A stretch of 64,000 nucleotides of DNA from NCBI GenBank assembly GCA_030704615.1, contig CM060733.1, forward strand, positions 36,084,001-36,148,000. The letters run 5' to 3'. The position numbers and the translations under genes were made by a program. The notes beneath the pieces are model-generated. The model made no database searches and had not been told where the DNA came from. It worked only from the letters and a program-made list of their open reading frames with translations. Source of the stretch: Takakia lepidozioides. Taxonomy: Eukaryota > Plantae > Bryophyta. Shown one piece after another: positions 12,533 through 23,843 of the stretch (positions are counted from its first letter, which is position 1; the number at the start of each line of letters is the position of its first letter).

Positions 12533-14200
12533 ACGGAGGTGCCACCAATTGCTGAGGAGAGTGCCGGTACGAGCACCAACGATACTAGTGGGTATACAAG
12601 ATGAGGTGTGCGGTTTAGGCCACCTTCACCTTCAGTGTCATCTGAGGAAGGTTCAGACCCAGAGTTAGGAGGATTCTTGCCGAGGGTGCAAGCCATTTCC
12701 GTGCCATTGTTGTGGGATACGATGGAGGAAATGTATGGAGCATCCAAGGGGCCACGTCAGTACTATGGAGTTGTGGGCACCATCGAGCTTGATGATTTCA
12801 TATAGGAGTTTGATAGTTGGTGTAATTTGCAGCAGATGCGCAATCCACAACTGTTTACACCTTTCATGGCGTGGAAGGGGCTGTTTCAGCACCTTGAGGG
12901 GCCGCCCATGGATGACTACCATGAGTTTAGGCGGGGACATGAGGTGGAGATTGAGGAATGGCAGGTGTATTGGTCACCTGACTATGTCTCCATCACTAGA
13001 GGCACAAGGGCAGTGGTGACACCGGCAGCTACACCGGCAGCTTCTGCAAGCAGCAGTGGGACGTCAAGTGGAACAGGAGCTGGGAAGTCCACCCAAGCTC
13101 CTGCTGCAGCACCAACACCCGTGCCTGCCTTTAACCCAGTTGTGGAGTTCTTCGAGGAGTTGAGGAGAAACTACCAAGGGATAAAGACGGAAAAATTGCG
13201 GAGTTTGCAAGAGTTCCAACGAAAGCCTGCCGAGAGTTTAAGGGAGGCTTACACGCGCATGAGACGATTGATAAATGTAACCCAAGGAGTTACGGAAGCT
13301 CAAGCAGTCCAATTCTGGTATGGGATATTGGACAAGGAGCTAAGGAGAAAGGTGCGGGATGCAACTCTCCTACAAGTGGCCCAACCCACCTTAACAAACG
13401 TGTTTTTGCTGGCAGAGCGGATAGAGCTCAATATGGTAGAGGAGCAAATGGTCATGGTGGGGTTTGGTCAGGAGACACAACGAAGTGGGGCTCCTAGCCA
13501 ACAACAACCACTACCCCAACGTGCTCAAGGCAACAAGGGGGCTCAGGAAAAGCCCAGGGAAGGGCCGAGATGATCTCAATTGCAGAGGTCACTTCCTTCA
13601 TTCTCAGACCAACAACAGTCGGGAGTGACATGTTGGGATTGTGGAGGACCCCATGTTAAGAGAGATTGCCCGGAAAGAGGCAAAGGGCCGGCACAGGCAC
13701 AGCCTACACAACTACAATGTGGGCATTGTGGCAAGTATGGGCATGAAGAGGCCTATGACTTGCATCCTGAGCTGCGGCCAGGCCAGTTCCAAAGGAACAA
13801 TAGTGGCCGAGGACAAGGCAATGTAGTCCAGAGAGGTAGAGGAGGCAGAGGTCGGGGTGGAGGACGTAACCAAAACCAAGGAGCACAGGGGTCAAGGTCA
13901 TGATCAAGGCATGCTGGATAGACTTGCCCAGCTAGAGCAACGTCTTGCTGCCATGGCCACTACTCATGTTGCGCCAGCTCCAAGACTTGAGGTTCAAGCC
14001 CCACCTGCACAACTTCCTATGCCTAGGGAAGACCAGATTGGTATGGGCTTCATGTGTGGAGCCGTACTTGCAAGACCATTGCATGTGGACTCTGCAGCTG
14101 CTATCACTCGAGCAGCAACGCGTGCTCCTGAGCCAAGAGGAGCGGATGTGGATTTTGATCCACAAAGAGGGGAAGCAAGCCGGCAGACAAGGCTTCCATA
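12533..14200 (+). pseudogene. gag: gag with zinc knuckles and RGG-rich region
   Basis: Frame broken by stops at 12602, 12803 and 13571. Retrotransposon gag motif FQRKPAESLREAYTRM; CWDCGGPHVKRDC knuckle; second damaged knuckle CGHCGKYGH; RGRGGRGRGGG. Confidence 0.8.
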
Positions 14201-14699
14201 GTCTTTCACATTGGCTGAGACAGTGCCAACTATGTCATCGATGGCACCCGCTCCCCCAAGTGTGTCAGAAGTAGAGCCACGAGTGTCATTACGGAGAGTT
14301 GATGTGGCTCGGGAAATGCCAATGGGTGGTGCAGCAAAGCAAGGTGCAGCCAGTACATTGTTGGGGGCGGCTACGGCAATTTGCCAAGCTCCATTGTTTT
14401 CTGCCACGACAATTGCAATGCCGGGGATGCGGCCAGCTGCAGTGTTTAGACTGGCAGCTAGACTCTGTGAGAGTGGTGATGCATCGGCACTATCTGCGGG
14501 GATAGCGGATCAGGTGCAGTGCATGGATGCCCTGGATTCAAGGGTGAAGACAGCCACAGCTGCGCCATGGCAAGCGGCAGCTGCAAGGTTGCAAAAGTTG
14601 TCAGCTAGACCAGCCATTGAGCGTAGTATGGTGACTCATGGGGTAGTTCTGGTGGACAATCAGGATGATGTGTTTCAGTTGGGTGGCCCGGCTGGGAGG

Positions 14700-15000
14700 A
14701 GGTATAGGCCACTGCGGGTCTTGTTGGACTCAGGAGCACAGCCATTGATGTTGGGGAAAGCAGCAATTGCAGGCTTGGGCCTTACAGAGGCGGATTTGAA
14801 GCCTTGTCCTTTCCAAATTCAAACATCTTTGGGCGGTTCAGAGAAAACACGAGGGATTACACGCCATAAGCTCTTCATTCGATTGCAGCCAGATCATCCT
14901 ACATATGGCTCTGTCATGAGAGCTAAAGCCATTGTTATGGACGCGATGTCTTATGATGTACTTGTTGGTGAGGCTGTGTTATACCCAATGGGCTTTACTT
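14700..15000 (+). pseudogene. Retropepsin-type aspartic protease domain
   Basis: VLLDSGAQ active-site motif (Asp at 14727) and downstream YDVLVG. Confidence 0.8.
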
Positions 15001-15440
15001 TGGACTTTTGGGAGGAAACGGCATCCTACAGGCCGGAATGGCAGTCAAGGGATGGTGGGCGTGCACTGCTCCCAGTGCGGTTTATTGGGAATATAGCGGT
15101 GGATCATAGGAACATGATGCCCACATTGGCTGCATCCTCAGGGGTGGTGGCTTGGGGTGGTGAGCTCTTGGAGGGCAATAGCCATGCAGATGATAGGCCA
15201 CCACCTGATGAGGACAAACAATTGACATACAATGCTGATTTGCTTCCTCATGTGTCTGTTCATATTCCATTGTGGGGTACAGTTAGGAATTTGCATCGAG
15301 TAGCAGGCGAGTGTGTGCACCAAGCATGGCAGGAGGCCTATCCATTGGTGAGTGAGGGGAGTTCAGTGACATCACCTGGACCTCCTCAGTTAGCTCCTTT
15401 GGATACAGTGCCCATTACCTGGCAACCACCTGACTCAGGG

Positions 15441-16400
15441 ATTTGTTTGCTAGACCTGTTTGGAGGCATGAGCACTGGGCTTGCAGGAGTGTTGCAAGCT
15501 AGGATTAAAGTACGCAAGTACTTGTATGTGGAGAAGGATGAGATAGCTCGGCGTATTTCTATGCGCCACATCGCCTTGCTCACACACCGGTATCCTGAGT
15601 TGTTGTCTCTCTCAGCAATTCAAGGGTATCAAAAGGCCTTGCCAATAGACATTACCTTGCTGGGGGCGGATAATTTGGACCGGCATGGTGCCATTGACTT
15701 GGTGATAACTGGATGGCCTTGCCAAGGACACTCTCCCACTTGTCATGGGAACGGCTTGGATGATGCTCGATCGCATTTGTTTTGGGAAATATTGAGAGTG
15801 TTGCGTGACTTGCAGACGAGACAAGTGCAACCTCTAGCCTATATCTTGGAGAATGTTCCTCTTATGGGGGACTCTCGGGCCAGGGTTATGGCCAGTATGC
15901 ATCAAGTGCGGTCTAGGATTGGATTGGCGGTGCTATTGGATGCAGCAGCGGTGGGATCACAAGCATCGACCTCGATTGTGGTGGACCAATCTTGCACCAC
16001 CAGAGCTGCTCAAGAGAGCATACAATACCATTCAACGGCCACCCAATCTCACAGTTGAGGGCATTTTGGACCAAGGGAGGCAACCACAGAGGGTGCGACA
16101 TGATGACCATCCACCTCTAACAGTGGTAAATCGAGTGGGGCAACCACGTGCGGCCTTGCCTACGCTCATGAGCTTTCCCTCGTCTCATGCTTTTCAAGAT
16201 AATGGTCCTGGGTTGATTTGGACAGTGTGCTACAGCAATTGGTGGAGCCCAATGCAGATGAGCGAGAGCAGGCAATGGGATATGCCACGGGCACTACAAC
16301 TGTGCCAACTCTGTTAGAGGCATCACGCCGACATGTGTTGGGTCAAGCAATGGATCTAAATTGCTTGACATGGGTCATTGGCTTGTGCATGGCTGAGCAA
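15441..16400 (+). pseudogene. C5 cytosine DNA methyltransferase domain inside pol
   Basis: Motif I LDLFGGMSTG, II YVEKD, IV VITGWPCQG (catalytic Cys at 15720), VI YILENV, VIII HRPRLWWTN after a frameshift near 15963, IX EPNADEREQAMGY after a frameshift near 16218, X RRHVLGQAMD. Confidence 0.9.
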
Positions 16401-16919
16401 CGGAGGTTGCAGACAGTGGTGGCTACTTATGCATTCCCATTTGATATTGTATCCTCTCTGCCAACTGGGACGGTTGAGGTAATGAGTGGGGGCAAACACA
16501 GGATCATGGGGTGCAAACACCCATGGTAGATGTGGGATGAGATGCGGTAAGAGAGAGTCCTTAGATCTCTCAAGCAGCAATATGAGGAGTGGGGAGAGCC
16601 ATACACTGAGGATCAGTTGGAGGCCAAGGTGGCCAATGTTTTTGAAGAGGTTGAGAATGTTTCTTCCCCAGATGATGTTCTCAAGGTGGTTATGGCAGAG
16701 CAAGTGGAGGCTATGCCACAGTCAGCTTGGGCGGACAAGGCCCAAGAGGTTGCTATCTAGCAACCAAATGATTCGTCTCCTACCCCCAAGCCTGATGTAC
16801 CCAAGGTTACAGTCACTGAGGACAATTGGGAACCAGATGTTGGACCTACAGTCACCGAAGGAGAGAGACGGAGGATCCAGCGATTTCTAAGGGCTTATAG
16901 AAATTGCTTTGCCTTCGGT

Positions 16920-18260
16920 TTGAAGGATTTGGGGAGTTTGAAGGGTCAGGAGATTCGTATTGATTTGGCAAGTGACACGCCAATCTTTCGAAGGCCCTAC
17001 CGGTATAGTGACATGGAGAGGTCATTGATCCAGTCACGGACTATGGAGTTGTTCGAAGTTGGATTGGTGGAGTTGTCAGGCGGGGAGTATGCCTCGGCAA
17101 CGGTGATGCCAGCTAAGAAGGATATCTATGGCAATTGGACAGAAAGAAGGATGTGTGGGGACTATCGTCCTATGAACCGTTAGACTAAGTCCGATAGATA
17201 TGTCATGCCAACTCCAGAGGAAATCTTTGATGTCATTGGGCATGCGAAGGTGTTTAGCACATTGGACTTGCGATCTGGTTACCACCAATTGCCAATCAAA
17301 GAGGCTGACAAGCAAAAGACGACATTCTGGGGGATTGACCAACATAGGAAGGATTGTTTGTACCAATGGCGCTTCCTACCGTTTGGGTTGAAGAATGCTC
17401 CGACAGAGTTTCAGAGGGTTATGGATAGGATTCTCGCAGGGCTAGACTTTGCCCAGTGTTACATTGATGACATCATCGTCTTTAGTGCTACGGTTGAGGA
17501 GCATGAGAGACACCTTCAGGTGGTGTTTGAGCGCTTGAGAGCGCATAGGTTGAAATTGCACCCTGGGAAATGCAAGTTCTTCCATAACCAGATTGAGTAT
17601 CTGGGCCACATGATATACCCTGGAGGATTGGGTGTTCAAAAGACGAAGGTGGAGGCCATTGCACGCATTCCACGCCCCATAGATGTTAGCAGAGTTCGTG
17701 CTTTCATGGGATTGACAAACTACTATCGACGGTTTGTCAAGGGATTTAGCAGCATTGCAAAGGCTCTTGCTAAGTTGACCAAGGTGGGTCAGGAGTGGCA
17801 GTGGGAGGAGGAGCAGGAGGAAGCCTTTGAGGAACTCAAGGCTCGATCGACTTCTGCACCTATTCTGAGGCGGCCTATTCGGGGGTGGCCTTTCCAGCTA
17901 CATACGGATTGGAGTATGCTGGGGATTGGAGCAGTGTTCACACAGATGGATGATGAGGGAAGAGAGTTCGTAGTGGCATATACTAGCCGCTCAAACAATG
18001 ATGCCGAGGCGAAGTATAGTTCCTATGAGAGGGAGTGTCTAGCTGCGGTATGGGCAGTGGCACATTTCAGATGTTATCTCTATGGCAATCTCTTCACCCT
18101 TGTCACGGATCACCAACCGTTGAAGTGGTTGATGGAGTCAGACAAGCTTACAGGGAAGCTTGCACGGTGGCCACTTATGCTTCAAGAATACGACTTTCAG
18201 GTGGTGCATCGAGCCGGTATTGTCAATCGGGATGCAGATGGATTGAGTCGTAATCCATGC
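16920..18260 (+). pseudogene. Reverse transcriptase and RNase H
   Basis: RMCGDYRPMN, FSTLDLRSGYHQ, LPFGLKNAP, YIDDII, EYLGH; RNase H FQLHTDWS, YSSYEREC, LVTDHQPL, DADGLSR. One in-frame stop at 17181. Confidence 0.95.
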
Positions 18261-18639
18261 ACGAGCAAGCATGATGATACTGGAGCTCGGTGGGATGGTG
18301 AGACGGATGAGGAGATGGTGCCAAGATGGCATGCATCTGCTTTTTTGTGCATCCTAGCAATGGGAGCTCAAGTTGGTCCATCCCATAGCATTGGTCATGT
18401 AGATGGTGTGCATGACAATCCGGAGATCAGTGAGGAGCTTGGTGGTGCTAAAGATGTACATGAAGATGCAGCAGTGTTGGCCTACCTTCGTATTGGAGAG
18501 ACAACAGCCAGGGTGACTGCTAAGGAGAGAGATCGGATCCTACAACGAGCCAAAAGGTTCAGGGGACTCACCTACTCCGAGTATGGGAGGATGGACGAAT
18601 GAGGATTGTGCCTCATCCAACACAACGAGCGCGATTGGT

Positions 18640-20060
18640 ACGCCATGCCCATGAGGAGTTGGGACATTTTGGGGTGCGGCGCACTCATAGTTTGCTGCAA
18701 GGACAGTACTGGAGGCGGGGCATGCACACGGATGTGCAATAGTGAGTGGCAAGTTGACATTCTCCATCTGGAACATATCCACACATGCGTATATAAATAC
18801 TTAAAAAACCAAATGACCATCAAAACTGGAAGTTGCGGACGAGGCTTATAAAAGTGGAGACGGTCATTTGCCTATTTAAGGATTTCTGCTCACATATGTG
18901 TATGTGTTCCAGGTGGAGAACATCAACATATTGGATAAAGTGGACATGGAGAAGCACCCCATTACGAAGCAGGAGACACTACAAAAAGAGCTTCAAAGGG
19001 CATACCATGTAACAGGCCCCAGTATAATCAAAGACGAAACCCCATTCATTCAATGGGCAATTGAATGGTTGCCCATCCAAATGATTTTCGTTTGCTTTCA
19101 ATCTTTGCCACTCTGTTCAACATACCATGTATTAGGTCCCGGACTAATATGAGATCAATCGAAATTCATTCGATGGCTCAACGGATGGTTGGCCATCGAA
19201 ATGATTTTAGTTCACTTTGAGATGTATGATAGAGTACGAGCTTCTTTCAATGCATCTACTCCACAATTGCATCATTTACCCATTATGGGTTTGGGCTATC
19301 GTTGGAGTCTTGACTTCGCAGGCCCATTGCCACTAACGATTCACCATAACAAGTATGTGCTGGTGATGGTGGAACATTTCTCCAAGTGGATTGAACTGGT
19401 GGCATTGCCTGACAAGGCAAGTGAGGGGGTTGCGTATGCATTCTTAGATCGAGTGCTTAGCCAATTTGGTGCTCCAGCCGAGGTACTCACGGACCAGGGG
19501 AGAGAGTTCTTGGGGGAGTTTCAGGCTTTGTGTGAGCAAGACTTGATAGATCACCGCACTACTTCTCGGGATTATCCCGAGGCTGATGGCCTGGCAGAGA
19601 AGGTTGTACAAACAGTCAAGCGAGGCTTGTGCAAGTATGGCTTGCAGAAGGGACACTTAGGAGATTGGGACCTTCAACTACCTTGGTTGGCCATGGGCTA
19701 CAGGTTTAGCAAACAAACATCACTTGCCTCGTTCTCGCTGTATTTCCTTATCTTTGGCCGAGAGCCAGATTTGCCTACATCTATTCGCAGGGAGACTGCA
19801 AAAGTTATCAACCTTGATGATCCGGATGTGTGGACACAAGCATGTACCCAGCAGGCAGAGTTGTTCAAGAGAGTCATGCCTATGGCTTTTGAGAACCTTG
19901 CTATTGCCCAACACCGAAACACGTTGAGGTACGCCACTATATGTGGAGGGGGATATCGGCCAGGTGTTCGGCGTTTCCACCCTGGGAACTATATGTATCT
20001 GCAGCAGACAGCGACTACGACTTTGGATGTCACAGCAGGGCATGTGATTTCTAAGGGTCC
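18640..20060 (+). pseudogene. Integrase (HHCC finger split by an insertion, DDE core)
   Basis: HEELGHFG..RT at about 18650; core WSLDFAGP, VLTDQGREF, DGLAEK. Confidence 0.92.
18753..19220. mobile_element. ~470-bp hairpin-rich insertion in the integrase zinc finger
   Basis: Imperfect ~70-bp inverted repeat spanning 18753-18927, then two related ~100-bp palindromic units starting at 19001 and 19121. Integrase resumes at YDRVRASFNA. Confidence 0.7.
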
Positions 20061-20209
20061 GGGAGGTGTTGCCTTCAGGAGTGTTGATTCTGTGGGGTCA
20101 AGATGGCATGGTATGGAAGGACCATGTGCGCAATTGTGCGCCATGTCACCTTCCATATGTGGATGGGAGGATAGATCCCAACCTTGCAGTGGTACCTGCA
20201 GGGTTGCGT

Positions 20210-20359
20210 TGCATGCTATGTGGGCATGTTGGTGGTGCCGCGACCATGTTGGTGTGTGACAAATGCTCAAGGGGGTGGCACATGGGATGCTTGACACGGC
20301 CACTTGAGGAGGTTCCTAGTGGAGAATGGTTGTGTCCACGATGCCTTGGACATAGGTAG
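20210..20359 (+). pseudogene. PHD finger at the C-terminus of the polyprotein
   Basis: CMLC...MLVCDKCSRGWHMGCL...VPSGEWLCPRC is a complete C4HC3 with the conserved Trp; stop at 20357-20359. Confidence 0.92.
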
Positions 20360-20702
20360 TGGGTATGACAATGGTGGAATTGACAAGTGATCCAAGGTCT
20401 AGCTGATGGGAGCTCAACGCCATGGATACTTAATTGAAGATCATGGATTGCAGGAAGGCGAGTAACGATGGGGCTACTTTTGCACCCGGCCTCTTGATCT
20501 ATTGACTTTAGATACTGGGACATGTGCGATTGAAGACCAAGCGATGATTTTATTGAGATGGATACTTGTCAGCTATCCAGTGTTAGAGGGACCTAATCAC
20601 CAGCTAGGGGGGCGATTGTGGCATAGTTTTCTAGGATTGTGTGCTTAGAATGTATGGTGGACAACGATGTATGTTGTGGCACGATGCTTAGGTGCACGAC
20701 AT

Positions 20703-23700
20703 ATGAATGATCCAAACTGCAACAAAAAAATCAAATAGAACCCAAATCAATAAATGGTTGAAAACATTACGCAAATCCAAAAATCCGCCCACCGGCATTG
20801 ACAACGACCTGTACGAGTTTGCAAATGCAACTCAGTCATCCAAAATCATTAACCTCTAACACAAAAATCCAGAATTGAGAGAAATTTCAAAAACCGAATC
20901 AATGGATATCACAGATGACGACAATTACGATGTAGATCTTGATATCGTGCACAATGGAGATCAACATCAAATAGCTAAATATTTTGTGATAAAAAAATAC
21001 AAGCTCAACACTTCGCAAGAATCAGCATTTGAACGTTTCATAGATCCTCAAAATCACCATCTCGATGGAAGAAAACAAATGTTAATGTATGTGGGAGGTG
21101 CTGCCGGAACGGGAAAGACAGAAATAATTAAAGCAATCCAAACGTACTTCATGAAAACCAAGAGATCCACAATATTGAAAATCGGTGTCTACACAGCAAA
21201 CGCCGCAACCCTCATAGGGGGATCAACCATCCACGCTCTATTGAGACTGAAAATCAGCTAGACTGTCAACGAATCCGACACAAAAAATTTCATAAACGAA
21301 TGGTCCGGGACAGACTATTTGATTATAGACGAAGTATCTATGGTCGGATGCAACATAATCGCCGATATCTATCTGAAGTTACAAAAATTCAAATCGAACA
21401 TGTTACCATTCGGAGGACTCAACATAATGTTCATGGGCGATTTCATGCAGTTTCCACCAGTCACTGACGCGCCTCTATATTCAACGAACATACAACCTAT
21501 ATTCACATTCACAAAATACACACAAAAAAAGATTATAGGCAAGAGCCTATGGGAAAATTACATACGGCCTAACACAATCATATTGACCCAGCAAATGAGA
21601 CAAGCCCATGATCTACAATATGCGAAATTGCTACAGAATCTACGTGAAGACAACTTCACCCAAACGGATTTCGAATTATTACAGACAAGATTCATGTCGA
21701 ACCTGAAAATCAACCTCTTCAACGAACCATGGGATAAAGCAACGTACATTGTACCTCGAAACCAGTTAAAGAACGCCATCAATCACCAAATGATAGAATA
21801 CTACACACGTAAATCTAACCACGCATCCTACACCATAGTAGCCACAGACACCTACAAGAAGCACGTACTCCGCGACGAGTTCCAATTCGCAATCCGACAG
21901 ACCGTACCCGGGAATAGAAGCCACAACCTTCTTCCATTTTTGAGATTGTACAAAGGAATGACAGTCATGCTAACCGACAATTTGTATCATAGATTGGGAC
22001 TTGTAAACGGTGCAGTCGGACAAATAGTGAGGATCTCAACAACAGAAGACGATTGGATCGTATGGGAAGATAATTTAATGCACCTGCCAAATCACGTATT
22101 AATCGACTTCGGGGAATTCATCAGTCAACACTAAACATTGAGCAGCATAAATTTAGAAAATCTCCTAGAAAACGTAGTGCCCATCATACCTGTTTCAAGA
22201 ACGTTCGATTATCACCACATGGAGGATGAACTGAAAAAACCAAATAAATTCAAAATCAGCAGGCGTCAATTGCCTCTGATACCCGCATACTGCCTAACCG
22301 ACTACAAAGGCCAAGGCAAAACTTTCGACGGGATAACCATCGACTTGCAAAAACCACCAGATGGACACCCCTTGAACATGCACAACATTTACGTCACACT
22401 GTCTCGTTTGCGTTCCCTACAAGGACCAGTATTACTTCGGGACATTAAGTTCGAAGACATCTAAGGAGCCAAATTCAAGACAAGCTCACTAGAGTTCATG
22501 GCTCCACAAGCCGATTGTAACGTCCAAAAACAAAAATCACATAAGACCACAGAACACATCAGCACATTGAATACAAACCTTGCCGCCAAAACGCTCCAAC
22601 CAAGACACACATACGGAGAAATAAAAATGCCAACCAATTCTAAAGCCGAACATCCCACACCGATAGAATCAAATGAAAACCAAACTTGCTCAAAATTAGC
22701 TCCTGCACCGCTCAAAATCATAGAAATCAATTCAAAAGACGAACAATCCGACACAGAAAACACAAATTTCCGCCAATAAACATATTGGCACGAAGATCTC
22801 TTATTGACGGCGCACGACGAACAAATCATCTTGGATGACAATGGATGGTTATGTGACCAGCATTTGGCGGCCGGGATGCAAATACTATTTGATCAGGGAC
22901 TGGAAACACAAAACTACCAGTAACATGCATATTCGACTCTTCTGGGCAGAACGTCAACAACAACCATTGGATTCGACAATGATAAATCCGAACGAAACGA
23001 ATTGTCAATGTACGGTGTTCGATTCCAGCATGCCCGCGGATAAGCGGCTACAGACCGAAATAGAACAACATCTCGCGAAATTAATCCCAGTCCCACAATT
23101 CAATTATATCTATGCCGATGTCATGCAACAGACTGACGGTTCATCCTCTGGCGTATTTGCAATAGCTTATGCCACGGATATAACATTCGGATTAAACCCC
23201 GCACATTCCCAATACGCAACATCCGCTATGAGAACCCACTTGAGAGATTGCAACCCATAAGTGGACAAATTGTGTAGCCACTGGAGTCGACATTTTAGTG
23301 AGGCCATCAAGCATGCCATTTCCAAAACAACATTAAATTTAAAATGGTGTAGTGTGCGTGGTGCTGGTTTGCTATTGCGTGGGATCCAGCCCGATGTTGG
23401 GAGTGCCATAGGTGTGTGCGTCAGTAATTGTTGTTTCCTTCGAGGCTCATTGTCCGGATGCTATGGAGGGCTTGGGTTTCTCAATTTTTCTGGATGTTTT
23501 TTTTTCTTTCCTTATTTCGGGAGGGCAATCAGTGCAACTACATGGGGTGGTTATTTGATGTGATGTCTGATGCTTGGGGAGGGACGGACGGAGGGAAGGG
23601 GAGGGGTATCTGCATACCGGGCAGAAAAGGGGGTTCAACTCCCCCTCACTTCTTGGGCATAGATAGGGGTATGGCTATGATGGTTATACTTTTGCATAGT

Positions 23701-23843
23701 TCCTCATGTTTTCTGCATAGTATATATTTCCAATTATCAAAAGAATCACTGTATGTGTGGGGATGACCCACCCCTTTTTGTGCCAATTGAACGTAGTTCT
23801 CAGAATTTGTCGCTAGTAGTGCGGAGCAACGCGAAGCCCTAGT
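20703..23843 (+). mobile_element. 3' part of a Helitron-like element: PIF1 helicase pseudogene, Ulp1-like protease, CTAG terminus
   Basis: Collinear frame 20875-22779 broken by stops: GGAAGTGKT, GGSTIH, IIDEVSMV, PFGGLNIMFMGDFMQFPPV, LTQQMRQ, LGLVNGA, RRQLPLIPAYCLTDYKGQGKTF, YVTLSR. Ends gcggagcaacgcgaagccCTAGt at 23821-23843. No Rep domain seen. Confidence 0.85.
22790..23260 (+). pseudogene. Ulp1/SENP-like (C48) cysteine protease remnant
   Basis: Across frameshifts: GWLCDQHL, NNHWI, VFDS, QQTDGSSSGVFAIAYA (expected catalytic Cys reads Ser), MRTHL. Confidence 0.65.

Larger units (their letters stand above)
11590..20702 (+). mobile_element. Decayed Ty3/gypsy LTR retrotransposon, order gag-PR-DNMT-RT-RH-INT-PHD
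   Basis: RT-RH-INT order is gypsy type. PPT agggggg at 20606-20612 is followed by TGTGGC (3' LTR start, 20617); the inverted GCCACA at 12449-12454 is the probable 5' LTR end. Multiple stops and frameshifts; left boundary uncertain. Confidence 0.9.

Noticed and set aside
15441-16400. DNMT as an independent host gene or bacterial contaminant
   Set aside because: It is in frame with the retroviral protease, intron-free, similar in composition to pol, and flanked by gag and RT.
12533-20359. Programmed frameshifting or stop read-through in the gypsy element
   Set aside because: Too many lesions, several inside catalytic domains, plus an insertion in integrase; simple decay explains them.
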